From: Clostridiales bacterium
GTDB lineage: Bacteria > Bacillota > Dehalobacteriia > UBA7702
NCBI GenBank assembly: GCA_040766505.1
Contig: JAXGQJ010000010.1
Span: 268-64,267 of the forward strand
Reading direction: 5' to 3'
Length of the DNA: 64,000 nucleotides
Part shown: piece by piece, positions 1-9,415 of the stretch
How the letters are laid out: each line of letters starts with the position of its first letter
How positions within the stretch are numbered: the stretch's first letter is position 1
The notes under the pieces: model-generated
Told to the model about the DNA's origin: nothing
Seen by the model: only the letters and a program-made list of their open reading frames with translations
The model's database searches: none
Program-made: the position numbers and the translations under genes

Positions 1-2357
1 GCGTCCGGCGTCCATTTGGCATACAAGGTGATCGTCGCCGCAATCGGCGTCGCGAAATCGAAAGAATTCGTACATTCCGGCTCCGTATACCAGCCGCCGA
101 AGGTATAGCCATCGCGGGTGGGGGGCGCCGGAGCAGCGATGGTATCCCCCGCCATCTCAACGGTGATCGGATCCACATCATCGCCGCCCTGCGCATCGAA
201 GTTGACGCCGATCGGCACATTTTCTCCGCTTTGTGCATCACCTATGCCGATCAAAACCGAGAAGGCCCTCGTTTGTCCGGGAGCCAGGGTTTTGTCCTTC
301 CAGGAATAGGCCATGCCGGAATCACCGGAATATGAACCGGTTTCCACTTGGGTAAAAACATGGTCACGTCTCGAATTCCAATAGCCAAACCAAAACGTAT
401 CAACATCGGTCACGCCGATTGTTCCTTTGCCAAAAAAGTTGAATTGGGCCCCTATATTTTCTGTATAATAAAAGGAATTGTTTACCATTTTAAAGCCGCG
501 GCCGTCTTCAAATTTCGTGATCGGCGCACTGTCGTCACCGCCTATTTGGGTATCGGCATGGCTGCCAAAGGATACGGTTGCCGGCGCGGCGGATGCATTA
601 TGGAGCGTATAAACAATTCGTAAAAATTTGCCGTCGCCATAAAACCGCGGCTGTATCTGCAGGGTGATGTCGCTGCCTATATCGACGGCGCTTCCTGTAG
701 CGGATACATCCAGAGGCGGATTGCCGTTCAAGATACATATTGTTCCATAGCCACAGCTGCCGCAGGTGGTGTCCATCCATTGGCCATTGTATGTGCCGTA
801 GATATCAAAATTAAAGTATGCGTTATAGCGATATGCCATGGTTCCATTGCCATCGGTGGTATAGCCGTCTGGCGGAGACCAAAAGGTTGCTTTTATCATG
901 CCGGTGTCCGCGTCATTTGCCGCCGTTGCGGCGCAGGGCACGGAAAATGCATTGGCGGCGATGCCGTTAAAGGTATAGCCCTCTTTTGGCGCCAATGTTA
1001 TGGTGGCGGTATAGGCCGCACCCGGAGCAAATGTTTCCGGATTGCCGTCCCAAGACAGCGTGCCCGTATATTGCGCAGTTTCCACAATTCCGGTTTTCGG
1101 CGCTTCCCCGTTGATCGGCGCGATGGCGTCTTCAATGATCAGGTCGGTAACGGTTTGCGCGGCATCTGCCCAAAGGTTCTCGGACAATGCGGGAAAGCCG
1201 CCCGATGTCTGCTGCCACAGATAGAGGGAGGCATCGGCCAATGTATGAATACCGCTGTTCAAGGTGTCCCGGAAAGAAGTCGCTTTCATATTGGCCAAAG
1301 TCATTTTGCCGCTGTCCCCAACCATGTTGCCGACGGTATAGTCCGCGTTGCAATCCTCGCTCCAATAGCCAAAGCTCACAGTAGATTCATACTCTAAAGC
1401 ACCGGCGATACCGCCCGGTATGCCGCTGCCCGGCGAAAGCGCGGCGGTATTAAAACAGGCGGCGATTTGGCTTCCGGACGCAGAACCGACAATTCCCCCG
1501 ACACAGGTATTGGTGCTGCTTCCGGAGGAAATAGAATCGTCGCTGATATTGTAGCAATTTATGATGGCTGCTTCATAAGCATCCCCGGCGATGCCACCGG
1601 CACGGGTGTAGGCATTGCCTGAAGCGTATACCGTGGTTGCCAGAACATTGCCGCTAAGATAACCGCAATTGCGAACCGTTACGCCGCTCTGTATCCGGCC
1701 CGCGATGCCCCCCGCCGCCGCGACGATTGTATTGTTCGGAATGGACATGACGCCCGTGGCGGTGACATTGCCGGAAAAAGAACAGTTGTCAATGATAGGT
1801 GAGCCTCCCCCAAAACCCCCATACACAAGCCCCACAATCCCGCCGGCCACGGCCCCGGAAGCATAATAGGTAATTTGTTGGCTCACACTCTCCCGGTTAC
1901 TTGCAGATTTTTAATGACGCCATCCGCCGTTCAGCCATCCAAACAGCCCGGCATATGCGTTTTTACCTGTGGCTGTTTGATTCACATTAAGCCCGGATAT
2001 GGAATGCCCATACCCGTCAAATATGCCATTGAAGCAACTTAGATCGTCGGCGCCTATGGGCGTCCAATCTCTTTCGTTTAAATTAAGGTTTTCTGTAAGT
2101 CTGAAATGTTTTCCCTCATAAGTCACACCGGAATTTACGCTTACGGATAGTTGGGCAAGCTTTGCCGCCGTATCAATGATATAGGGGTTGTCGGCCGCAT
2201 TTGCCTGCCCGGAATCGAGAAGAGCAAATGCCTCAACAGTACCGTCCCACACCGTTGGCTCCGGCGGATCAGCCAAAACCGCCATTGGTAAGAGAATGAA
2301 CACCAGGCAAAGCGCCAAAATCGTGCTTAATAATTTTCTTTTCATGCCCCTCTTCAT
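1..2357 (-). pseudogene. Secreted cell-surface protein with GLUG-motif repeats and a C-terminal Listeria-Bacteroides (InlB B-type) repeat. The 3' end lies beyond the window. It is locally out of phase near 1880-1925.
   Basis: ORF 1911-2381 has an RBS (aaggagg), the signal peptide MKRGMKRKLLSTILALCLVFILLPMAVLA and GLFGWLNGG. My own translation of the minus strand 1-1910 is open in the same phase. It shows GGIVG/GGIAG repeats and ends DGYTFGGWYTEPECTNSFDFATPIAATITLYAKWTPD. The in-phase TAA at 1911-1913 lies in a short stretch where the expected GVIKNLQVTGRV reads in the adjacent phase, which indicates two compensating indels. Confidence 0.8.
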
Positions 2358-2358
2358 A

Positions 2359-2664
2359 TCAGTCTCCTCCTTTATATTCACAAATAAATTTTGTGTTTAA
2401 GCGCTCTTTTAGTTGGCCAATCGCCTCCACAACGGAAACGTTTGCTTCAAATATGCCCGAATAAAGCATATTTTGGGTTTGTATCTCCAGTTCCGGGGCC
2501 TTTCTCTCCGTTAGCGTGATGGAGAGGATGTCCTCCTGGGCAAGAACGATCCGCTCGGCGCCGTCGGCATGAACAGGAACGAGGTGCAGTGCTTTTTCCA
2601 CAACTTTCAATCGGTAAGGCGTTTTTTCAAAAAAACCTGTTTTCAGCCGAAAAATTGGTTCCAT
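2359..2664 (-). CDS. Hypothetical small protein (101 aa), translationally coupled to the downstream surface-protein gene
   Basis: ORF 2359-2673. The best start is the ATG at 2664, 8 nt after aggagg. Its stop lies 1 nt before the next gene's ATG (2357). I recognise no family. Confidence 0.45.
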   Translation of the reverse strand: MEPIFRLKTGFFEKTPYRLKVVEKALHLVPVHADGAERIVLAQEDILSITLTERKAPELEIQTQNMLYSGIFEANVSVVEAIGQLKERLNTKFICEYKGGD

Positions 2665-2822
2665 ATGCATCACCTCCTATTCATTTTCATTATAGATAAA
2701 GGCCAAACCCGATACAATGGGGCGGTATGATCTGTCAATGACAAAGTTGTGGCATGAATCGTGCCGTGGTATCTTGCAATGCTGTCGGCCATCTGTTATT
2801 CTTAGAAAAAGGAGGGGTTGCC

Positions 2823-4349
2823 ATGACTTTTGGCGAAAAACTGGACTTTCTAATGAGCATCACCAAAACCTCGAACAGCGCACTGGCAAACAGTGTAATG
2901 TTGGATGCATCCTATATCAGCCGGCTGCGCGGCGGAAAGCGGCAAAGGCCCAAAGACCATCGCATGATCCAAAGCATGGCCGCCTTTCTGGTGCGGCGGA
3001 TTAAAGAAGATTATCAGAAAAAAGCTCTGTTCGATGCCGTGAAACCGGCGCGGTTGCCGGATGACCTCCATTTGCTAAGCGATGAAATCGCCCATTGGCT
3101 GGTTCGCAATGGGGAGGATCGTGCGGAACAGGTGGGACGGTTTTTAAACCATCTTTCCGGCATGACCGGGCCGGCGGCGGCCGCCTCTTCCCCCGAGGGT
3201 TGGCGGCATCCCTTTCCCGACAAGCCCTTGACAATTTATTACGGCGTCGAAGGCAAGCGCCAAGCGGCGGAACACTTTCTTTCCGAGATTGCCGCGCAAG
3301 AAACACCGCAAACATTGCTTCTTTTCAGCGATGAGGGAACCGCTTGGATGACGGAGAATCCCGCCTATGCCCGCAAATGGGCGGCGCTTATGGCCCGTGT
3401 GCTGGCACGTGGCAATCGAATTCGGATCATCCATACCGTCAGCCGGGATCTGGATGAAATGCTCAGCGCCATCAGCCAATGGATGCCGCTGTATATGAAC
3501 GGACAGATCGAACCGTATTTTTATCCCAAAAAACGGGATGGGGTTTTTAAGCGAACGCTGTTTATCGCACCGGAGACGGCGGCGGTCGTTTCAAACTCCA
3601 TCGGCGGCCAGATTTCCGTCGCCGCCAATATTTTGCATCGCGACCCTACCGCCGTGGCTTCCTATGCGGAGGAATTTCTGCAATACCTGCGCCTGTGCCG
3701 TCCGTTGATGCGAATTTTTACCGCCAAAGACCGCGATGCTTGTTATGATACCTTGACGGAATTCGAGGGGGAACGGGCCGACACCCTGATCATGACGGAA
3801 TCCCTTTCTTCGCTGACCATGCCCGAGGCGCTGATGGCGTCCATCATCGGGCGCGCCGGCGTCGATCCGGCCCGCCACCTTTCCGTTCATGCGCTGCGGC
3901 GCGCATACTTTCTGGAGAATCTTCAGTCCGGCCGTTTTACCGAGGTTCTCCATCTGCCGGACATCGAAACGGTACGAAACGGCGGCGTCAAGGTGTCCAT
4001 GTCCGACATGCTGGAGGGCGGCGCCGTCTTTTACGAGGCAAAAGCATATGCCGCCCACCTGGAACAGGTGGTTGCACTGCTTGGTTCCTGCGAAAACTAT
4101 CGTGTTGTTTTTACCGATAGGCAAAAGGAGGACAGGTATACCGTTTACGCGCGGGAAGAACTCGGCGTTATTGTGGCAAAGACCTCCCAGCCACCGGTGG
4201 TGCTGGCCATGAGCGAGGGCAATATGATCGCGGCGTTCTGGGGTTTTCTGAAAGACCTGGCCGGGGAAAACGCCTGGACAGCGGCGGATCAGGCGGCGGC
4301 GATCGGCCGGATTGAGAATTATCTGCAAAAGCTCAGGGCCGAAATATAA
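2823..4349 (+). CDS. Helix-turn-helix (XRE-like N-terminus) transcriptional regulator, about 508 aa
   Basis: ORF 2754-4349. The internal start MTFGEKLDFLMSITKTSNSALANSVMLDASYISRLRGGKR is preceded by aaaaaggagg. Only the N-terminal HTH is recognisable. Confidence 0.55.
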   Translation: MTFGEKLDFLMSITKTSNSALANSVMLDASYISRLRGGKRQRPKDHRMIQSMAAFLVRRIKEDYQKKALFDAVKPARLPDDLHLLSDEIAHWLVRNGEDRAEQVGRFLNHLSGMTGPAAAASSPEGWRHPFPDKPLTIYYGVEGKRQAAEHFLSEIAAQETPQTLLLFSDEGTAWMTENPAYARKWAALMARVLARGNRIRIIHTVSRDLDEMLSAISQWMPLYMNGQIEPYFYPKKRDGVFKRTLFIAPETAAVVSNSIGGQISVAANILHRDPTAVASYAEEFLQYLRLCRPLMRIFTAKDRDACYDTLTEFEGERADTLIMTESLSSLTMPEALMASIIGRAGVDPARHLSVHALRRAYFLENLQSGRFTEVLHLPDIETVRNGGVKVSMSDMLEGGAVFYEAKAYAAHLEQVVALLGSCENYRVVFTDRQKEDRYTVYAREELGVIVAKTSQPPVVLAMSEGNMIAAFWGFLKDLAGENAWTAADQAAAIGRIENYLQKLRAEI

Positions 4350-4475
4350 GAGCGAAATGTCGGCGCGATGAAAGGCGGCGCAATTGCGCCCCGGCCGCTG
4401 CCTTGGCCCAAACCGCCGTTTTTAAATTGTGGAAGGCAAAGGATTCAAAAGGCGTGACAAAGAAGGAAACCTTGT

Positions 4476-5963
4476 ATGCGAAAGGCGGTTGAACGATTGC
4501 GGGGTGAATGCGGGATGGAAACCGATCAAGAAAAAATGGCAAGGTTGGAACGGGAAAACTCTCTTTTAAAGGATATCTTAAATCATATCCATGAGGGGGT
4601 TATGGTCACCAATAAGGAGGGCCATGTTGAATTTTATAATAAAGTCATCGGGGCCATCGAGGAAACTTCTCCCGAGGAAATGGTGGGCCGTCCTCTGCTG
4701 TCTCTTTATCCCTTTTCCCAGAAATACAGCAGCACGCTAACGGTGATGAAGACAGGCAAGCCCATTTTTGAGATGGAGCACTGTTATCTTTCCACCAATG
4801 GCAAGCTGATCAATATCATCTACAGCACCTTGCCCTTCATATATAGGAACCAAATGGAGGGCGCATATTGCATCATCCGGGACGTTACGAAGATGGGGAA
4901 TTTTCTGACCCGTTCCATGCGGATGTACCATAAGCTCAACAATACCCTCAATGCGGACTTCCATAAAAACGGCACTTCGTTTACATTGGACGATATCATC
5001 ACCCAAAATGCCAAAATGCGGGAATTGATCGCAATGGCCCGCAATGCTTCGATTTACCATTCGAACGTGCTGGTTTGCGGTGAAACGGGAACGGGAAAAG
5101 AGCTGTTTGCCCAAGGGATCCACAATGCCGGCCTCCAGTCCGGCGGCAAATTTGTCGCCGTCAACTGTGCGGCGCTGCCGGCCAATCTGATTGAAAGCCT
5201 GCTGTTTGGAACGGTGAAAGGGGCGTTTACCGGCGGCCAAAATACACCGGGGCTCTTTGAACAGGCGGAAGGCGGCACGATCTTTTTAGACGAGATCAAC
5301 TCGATGAGTTTTGGGCTCCAGGGGAAGCTGCTTAGGGTACTCCAAGATAAGACCGTCCGGCGCATCGGCGGCAAAGAGAACATCCGCATCAATTGCCGCA
5401 TCATCAGCGCCACCAACCAGAATCCTTTGGAGGAAATCAAAGCGGAACGGCTGCGGCAGGATCTGTTCTACCGCCTTTCCGCCATTTATATCGGAATTCC
5501 GCCCTTACGGGAACGGATCGACGATCTATCCCTCCTGGCCAAGCATTTCATCAATCAGTACAATAGCATTTATGGCAAAAGCATCGAAGACATCGACAAC
5601 AATCTCTTGGGCTTTCTCACATCCTATCCTTGGCCCGGAAATGTACGGGAATTGGAGCATTTTATTGAAAGCTCCTGTATCAATGTGGATCCCGATACGA
5701 AACATCTGGACCTCAACAATATCCCGGAATCCTTTGAGAAGAAATTGGGAACGAAAAATACCTTGCCCCCGGTCATACCGCAAGGAAAATCCTTGAATAG
5801 CGCCTTACAGTCCGTGGAAAAACAAATATTGAAGGCGGCCTTGGAGCAAAACGACTATAATATCTCCAAAACCGCCAAGGAACTCGGCATCCATCGGCAG
5901 GCCCTACATTATCGGATCAACAAATTCGGCTTGCGGCACGAACAAAAGGACGATGAAGCCTGA
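4476..5963 (+). CDS. Sigma-54-dependent transcriptional activator (PAS sensor, AAA+ domain, Fis-type HTH)
   Basis: Walker [19 protein letters not shown]-like loop [16 protein letters not shown] and RIISATN motifs. C-terminal [27 protein letters not shown]. Confidence 0.9.
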   Translation: MRKAVERLRGECGMETDQEKMARLERENSLLKDILNHIHEGVMVTNKEGHVEFYNKVIGAIEETSPEEMVGRPLLSLYPFSQKYSSTLTVMKTGKPIFEMEHCYLSTNGKLINIIYSTLPFIYRNQMEGAYCIIRDVTKMGNFLTRSMRMYHKLNNTLNADFHKNGTSFTLDDIITQNAKMRELIAMARNASIYHSNVLVCGETGTGKELFAQGIHNAGLQSGGKFVAVNCAALPANLIESLLFGTVKGAFTGGQNTPGLFEQAEGGTIFLDEINSMSFGLQGKLLRVLQDKTVRRIGGKENIRINCRIISATNQNPLEEIKAERLRQDLFYRLSAIYIGIPPLRERIDDLSLLAKHFINQYNSIYGKSIEDIDNNLLGFLTSYPWPGNVRELEHFIESSCINVDPDTKHLDLNNIPESFEKKLGTKNTLPPVIPQGKSLNSALQSVEKQILKAALEQNDYNISKTAKELGIHRQALHYRINKFGLRHEQKDDEA

Positions 5964-6043
5964 TTGCGGCTTTATCGTCCAAAAAACATTCGGCGAATTG
6001 TAACGGCACGGCGCTATGTGGCGACCACACCCTTTTTTATAAT

Positions 6044-6079
6044 CCCATCTAAAATGTCCGCCTAGATGGGGGGATTTTT
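6044..6079 (+). terminator. Rho-independent terminator after the sigma-54 activator gene
   Basis: Stem cccatcta (6044-6051) pairs with tagatggg (6063-6070), followed by gggattttta. Confidence 0.55.
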
Positions 6080-7943
6080 ATTCATGCGCCGCCTTTGCCA
6101 GCCAAGTTTGGATTTCTTCTAAAAATGCCTGTCCGTATCGTTCGGCTTTGATCTCTCCCACGCCGGTCACCTGCAACAATTCCGTTATGCTTCGCGGTTG
6201 TTTGGCGGCCATATCCGCCAATGTGGCATTGGAGAAAACGATATAGGCCGGCACATCTTCCTGTTGCGCCAGTTTGACACGTAAGGCCTTCAAAGCGGCG
6301 AACAGGCTTTCGTCCGCTTGCGTCGGCATGGCTTTGGTGCCTTTTCGGGGAGAGGCGGCTTTTTCGGCCCGGCTTTGTTTCCGGTAGCTATAAACAACCT
6401 TTTCCCCCTGGAAAAGCACCTGTTTTGCCCGGTCGGTCAGGCGCAGTACCGGGTATTCGCCATCTGTTAAGGCCAGATGGCCGTTCCCGATCAGGCAATC
6501 GATATATTCTCTGATCTGGGCGCGATCCGTATCTCCCATGATGCCGTAGGTCGACAAGGTATCCAACCCCAGTTGCAGAACCCGCTGTTCTTTGCTGCCG
6601 TGCAGCATACGGACGATCATTGTCGGGCCGAGGCTGGAGCGATACTTGCGCTCCACCCGGGCGACGGCGGAGAGTATTTTTTGTGCTTCAACGGTGATGT
6701 CCCGCTCCACCTTTTCCCCGCCGCAATTGCCACAATTTCCACAATCGGCGGCGGCATCTTCGCCAAAATAATGCAAAAGGTAGGCGCGCAGGCAGCCGGT
6801 GGTTTTGCAGTAGGCGGCCATCCGGTTCAACCGTTCCATATCCCTTTTGCGGATCAGCTCCCGTTCCTCCCGGGAAAGCGCCTCATTTTCTTCGGCATTG
6901 TTGATGAGAAATTTTGCCGTCTGTATATCACCGGCGGAAAAAAGCAGCGTACAATGGGCTTTTTCCCCGTCCCGCCCGGCGCGGCCCGCTTCCTGATAAT
7001 AGCTTTCAATATTCTTTGGCATATTGTAGTGTACCACAAAGGCGACATTGGATTTGTCAATCCCCATGCCAAAGGCATTGGTGGCCACCATCAGCCGGGC
7101 TCTGTCATAGACGAAATCCTCTTGGTTTTGTTTTCGCTCCGCATCGCCCAGCCCGGCGTGATAGCGTGTGGCGGCCATGCCGCATTGGCGCAAATTTTCA
7201 CAAACCGATTCCACCGTTTTCCGGGTGGCACAGTAGACGATGCCGCTTTGCCCCGGCCTTTCGCCGAGGAAAGCCCTTAAATAAACATCTTTGCTTTTGG
7301 GGCGCACCACCTCAAAGTAAAGGTTGGGCCGGTCGAAGCCGGTGGTGATCCGGAGCGGATTTTCCAATAGAAGGAGTTTTTCAATATCGGCTTTCACCGC
7401 CGCGGTGGCGGTGGCGGTGAAAGCGCCCACCACCGGACGCTTGGCCAAGGACGCGACAAATTCGGGAATTTTCAAATAGCTGGGTCGAAAATCCTGCCCC
7501 CATTGGGAAACGCAATGGGCCTCATCGACCGCCAACAGCGATATTTCCGCTTCCCCGGCCAGGCGCAGAAAATCCGGGCTGGTCAATCGTTCCGGCGCCA
7601 CATAGATGATTTTATAGGCGCCGTTTTTGGCGCGGCGCCAGACCTCGCGGTATTGATCCGCCGTGAGGGAGGAATTGAGATAGGCGGAGGGGATTCCAGC
7701 CTGAGAAACCGCGGCAACCTGGTCTTTCATCAGGGAAATCAATGGCGAAATGACCAGGGCCAGCCCGGGCAGCCGCAGTGCCGGCAACTGATAGCAAATG
7801 GATTTCCCGGCCCCGGTGGGCATGACGCCGAGCACATCGCCGCCGGACAGCACGGCGTTGATCAGCGCCTCCTGCCCCGGGCGAAAGCGGTTGTGTCCAA
7901 AATGCTGTTTGAGTAATGCGAGGTTTTCTATGGTGAACACCAT
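6078..7943 (-). CDS. recQ: ATP-dependent DNA helicase RecQ
   Basis: 621-aa intact ORF. MPTGAGKS, VDEAHCVSQWGQDFRP, a zinc-finger cysteine cluster CGNCGNC and a C-terminal HRDC-like segment. Confidence 0.95.
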   Translation of the reverse strand: MVFTIENLALLKQHFGHNRFRPGQEALINAVLSGGDVLGVMPTGAGKSICYQLPALRLPGLALVISPLISLMKDQVAAVSQAGIPSAYLNSSLTADQYREVWRRAKNGAYKIIYVAPERLTSPDFLRLAGEAEISLLAVDEAHCVSQWGQDFRPSYLKIPEFVASLAKRPVVGAFTATATAAVKADIEKLLLLENPLRITTGFDRPNLYFEVVRPKSKDVYLRAFLGERPGQSGIVYCATRKTVESVCENLRQCGMAATRYHAGLGDAERKQNQEDFVYDRARLMVATNAFGMGIDKSNVAFVVHYNMPKNIESYYQEAGRAGRDGEKAHCTLLFSAGDIQTAKFLINNAEENEALSREERELIRKRDMERLNRMAAYCKTTGCLRAYLLHYFGEDAAADCGNCGNCGGEKVERDITVEAQKILSAVARVERKYRSSLGPTMIVRMLHGSKEQRVLQLGLDTLSTYGIMGDTDRAQIREYIDCLIGNGHLALTDGEYPVLRLTDRAKQVLFQGEKVVYSYRKQSRAEKAASPRKGTKAMPTQADESLFAALKALRVKLAQQEDVPAYIVFSNATLADMAAKQPRSITELLQVTGVGEIKAERYGQAFLEEIQTWLAKAAHE

Positions 7944-8247
7944 CCTTAAAAATATTGCGGCAATTTACTTTGTGGGGAACCGCCGGGGGTATGCCCTGTA
8001 TTCCGATGTTTCCCGGTGCGCTCCATTCTTTCAACACTTTCATTGGCCGATGCGACCGTCCGGTCTTTTCATCATCATACCACGGTTTTCTCCCTAAGAA
8101 AAGGCAAAACCGGCCTTTTCGGGTCGCCGGCGCCGTTTGGTGTTTGGAGCCTGGAAGCCGACGCCAAACAGCTGTAAGCGCGCCCGATTGGGGCAAGGCC
8201 GAAAAGGCCGGCTTTAGCGGCTGTTTTGCCAAACGAAACAGAAAAAT

Positions 8248-8275
8248 GGCATAGCCGCCAAGCAGCGGCTATGCC
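8248..8275 (-). terminator. Rho-independent terminator downstream of the 8378-9075 gene
   Basis: 11-bp stem ggcatagccgc/gcggctatgcc with a 6-nt loop. On the minus strand it is followed by atttttctgttt. Confidence 0.65.
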
Positions 8276-8377
8276 GAATTCTTAAAGGGTATGGGTTCCG
8301 ATCCGGCCAGCAAAAGCCCCGCTAAAAAACCATCCTGCGGAAAGAAATGTTGCAATTGCGGCGTTCGCCCAAAATCG

Positions 8378-9075
8378 TCACAATGGATTTGCTTCGATTT
8401 GTATTTCCTCATTGACATCGTATAGGTCAAAAAGGAGCACCAGGCGGCTTTCGGGGTTGTTGACGGAGCGGCAGCTAATTTCCGTCCGGTAGATTGAAGG
8501 AACTTCTTTGTCGATCCAGAGAGTATAGATAAAATTATTATAATATGCGCCGGCGATATGGTCAAAGGCGCCGGGAAGCAGCGTATATTTGTAGTACTTG
8601 CGTCTGCCGATCCGTTCCCTGCCCAGAAAGGTGCTGTTCTGCAATACATCGCCCTGGAAATTGATGAGCGGATTGATTTCCATCAGCAGCAGCGCATTGT
8701 CGGGAATCGGGCTATCGTATTGCACGATCCAACGGCCGTCGGCGCCATTGTAGCGGTAATGGGTGAGGCCGATCTGGTAAATTTCGAAGGCCGAATCCAT
8801 CATTTTGCCCCAAGCGTGGAGATTGCCGGTGTCGTCCTTTTCGCCGGAAATCACCGATTCCGCGGTCTTTTGATTGTCTAAGAGCAGAACGCTTTGAGCA
8901 AAAAAGCGGTAGCTCTGGGCCGACTTGGTGTTTCCAAGGCCTGTTGCAGCAAAGCGTCGGTATCTACCTGCTGTTCCAGCCAGTAGGCATAAAGCGCGAA
9001 GCCGCCGGCAGACAGAACGGCGACCACCAAAACAATCAGAATGATCTTCACCGCCAGTTTTCCCATACGGGGCAT
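8378..9075 (-). pseudogene. Membrane-anchored hypothetical protein, split by one phase shift
   Basis: ORF 8878-9075 (MPRMGKLAVKIILIVLVVAVLSAGGFALYAY, one TM segment) and ORF 8378-8854 are adjacent. The phase of the second ORF is open back through 8930 (LGNTKSAQSYRFFAQSVLLLDNQK), and a tttttt run lies at the junction. Confidence 0.5.
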
Positions 9076-9131
9076 GGAATCACCTCCCTGTATAGTTTAT
9101 GTTGGCCAATGGGAAATATGACGGCGGCGGT

Positions 9132-9160
9132 TTGACAAAAGGCGGGAAGGGCGGTATACT
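9132..9160 (+). promoter_or_regulatory. Sigma-A type promoter for the thrS leader
   Basis: TTGACA (9132-9137), 17-nt spacer, TATACT (9155-9160). Confidence 0.55.
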
Positions 9161-9164
9161 ATTG

Positions 9165-9400
9165 GGAAGAAAATGCGATGATGGGAACAACCCACAGGTC
9201 ACAGCGCAGAGAAGGATTCCCGGGCTGAAAGAATCCTCCGATGGCAGTGGGGGAGACCGACCCGGAGCGGGCCCGCGGAAGGCATATGCGGTATGCGGGC
9301 ACGGTGGCGCCGTTATCGCTTTCAAGTGAAGGGATGCTCCCTTAATTAGAGTGGAACTGCGGGACATGTCCGCCTCTGGGCAGAAAGCTGGGCTTTTTTT
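9165..9400 (+). promoter_or_regulatory. T-box leader (tRNA-sensing riboswitch) controlling thrS
   Basis: 5' GA-motif aaaatgcgatgatggg and an AGAGA-like box cagagaag. The conserved T-box sequence aattagagtggaactgcggga lies at 9344-9364. A U-run at 9394-9400 precedes the RBS. The candidate Thr specifier ACC lies in gggagACCgac. I could not draw the terminator stem cleanly. Confidence 0.8.
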
Positions 9401-9415
9401 AAAGGAGGAAGGAAA

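Noticed and set aside
1911-1913. An in-phase TAA inside the GLUG surface-protein gene. Similar in-phase TAAs occur at 20851-20853 in speH and 48309-48311 in the lipoprotein gene. This could suggest stop-codon readthrough or reassignment.
   Set aside because: In each case the family-typical residues across the stop are readable in the adjacent phase (GVIKNLQVTGRV; [10 protein letters not shown]; RIKK). So the TAA is a by-product of two nearby compensating 1-nt indels. Ordinary genes in the window also terminate with TAA.
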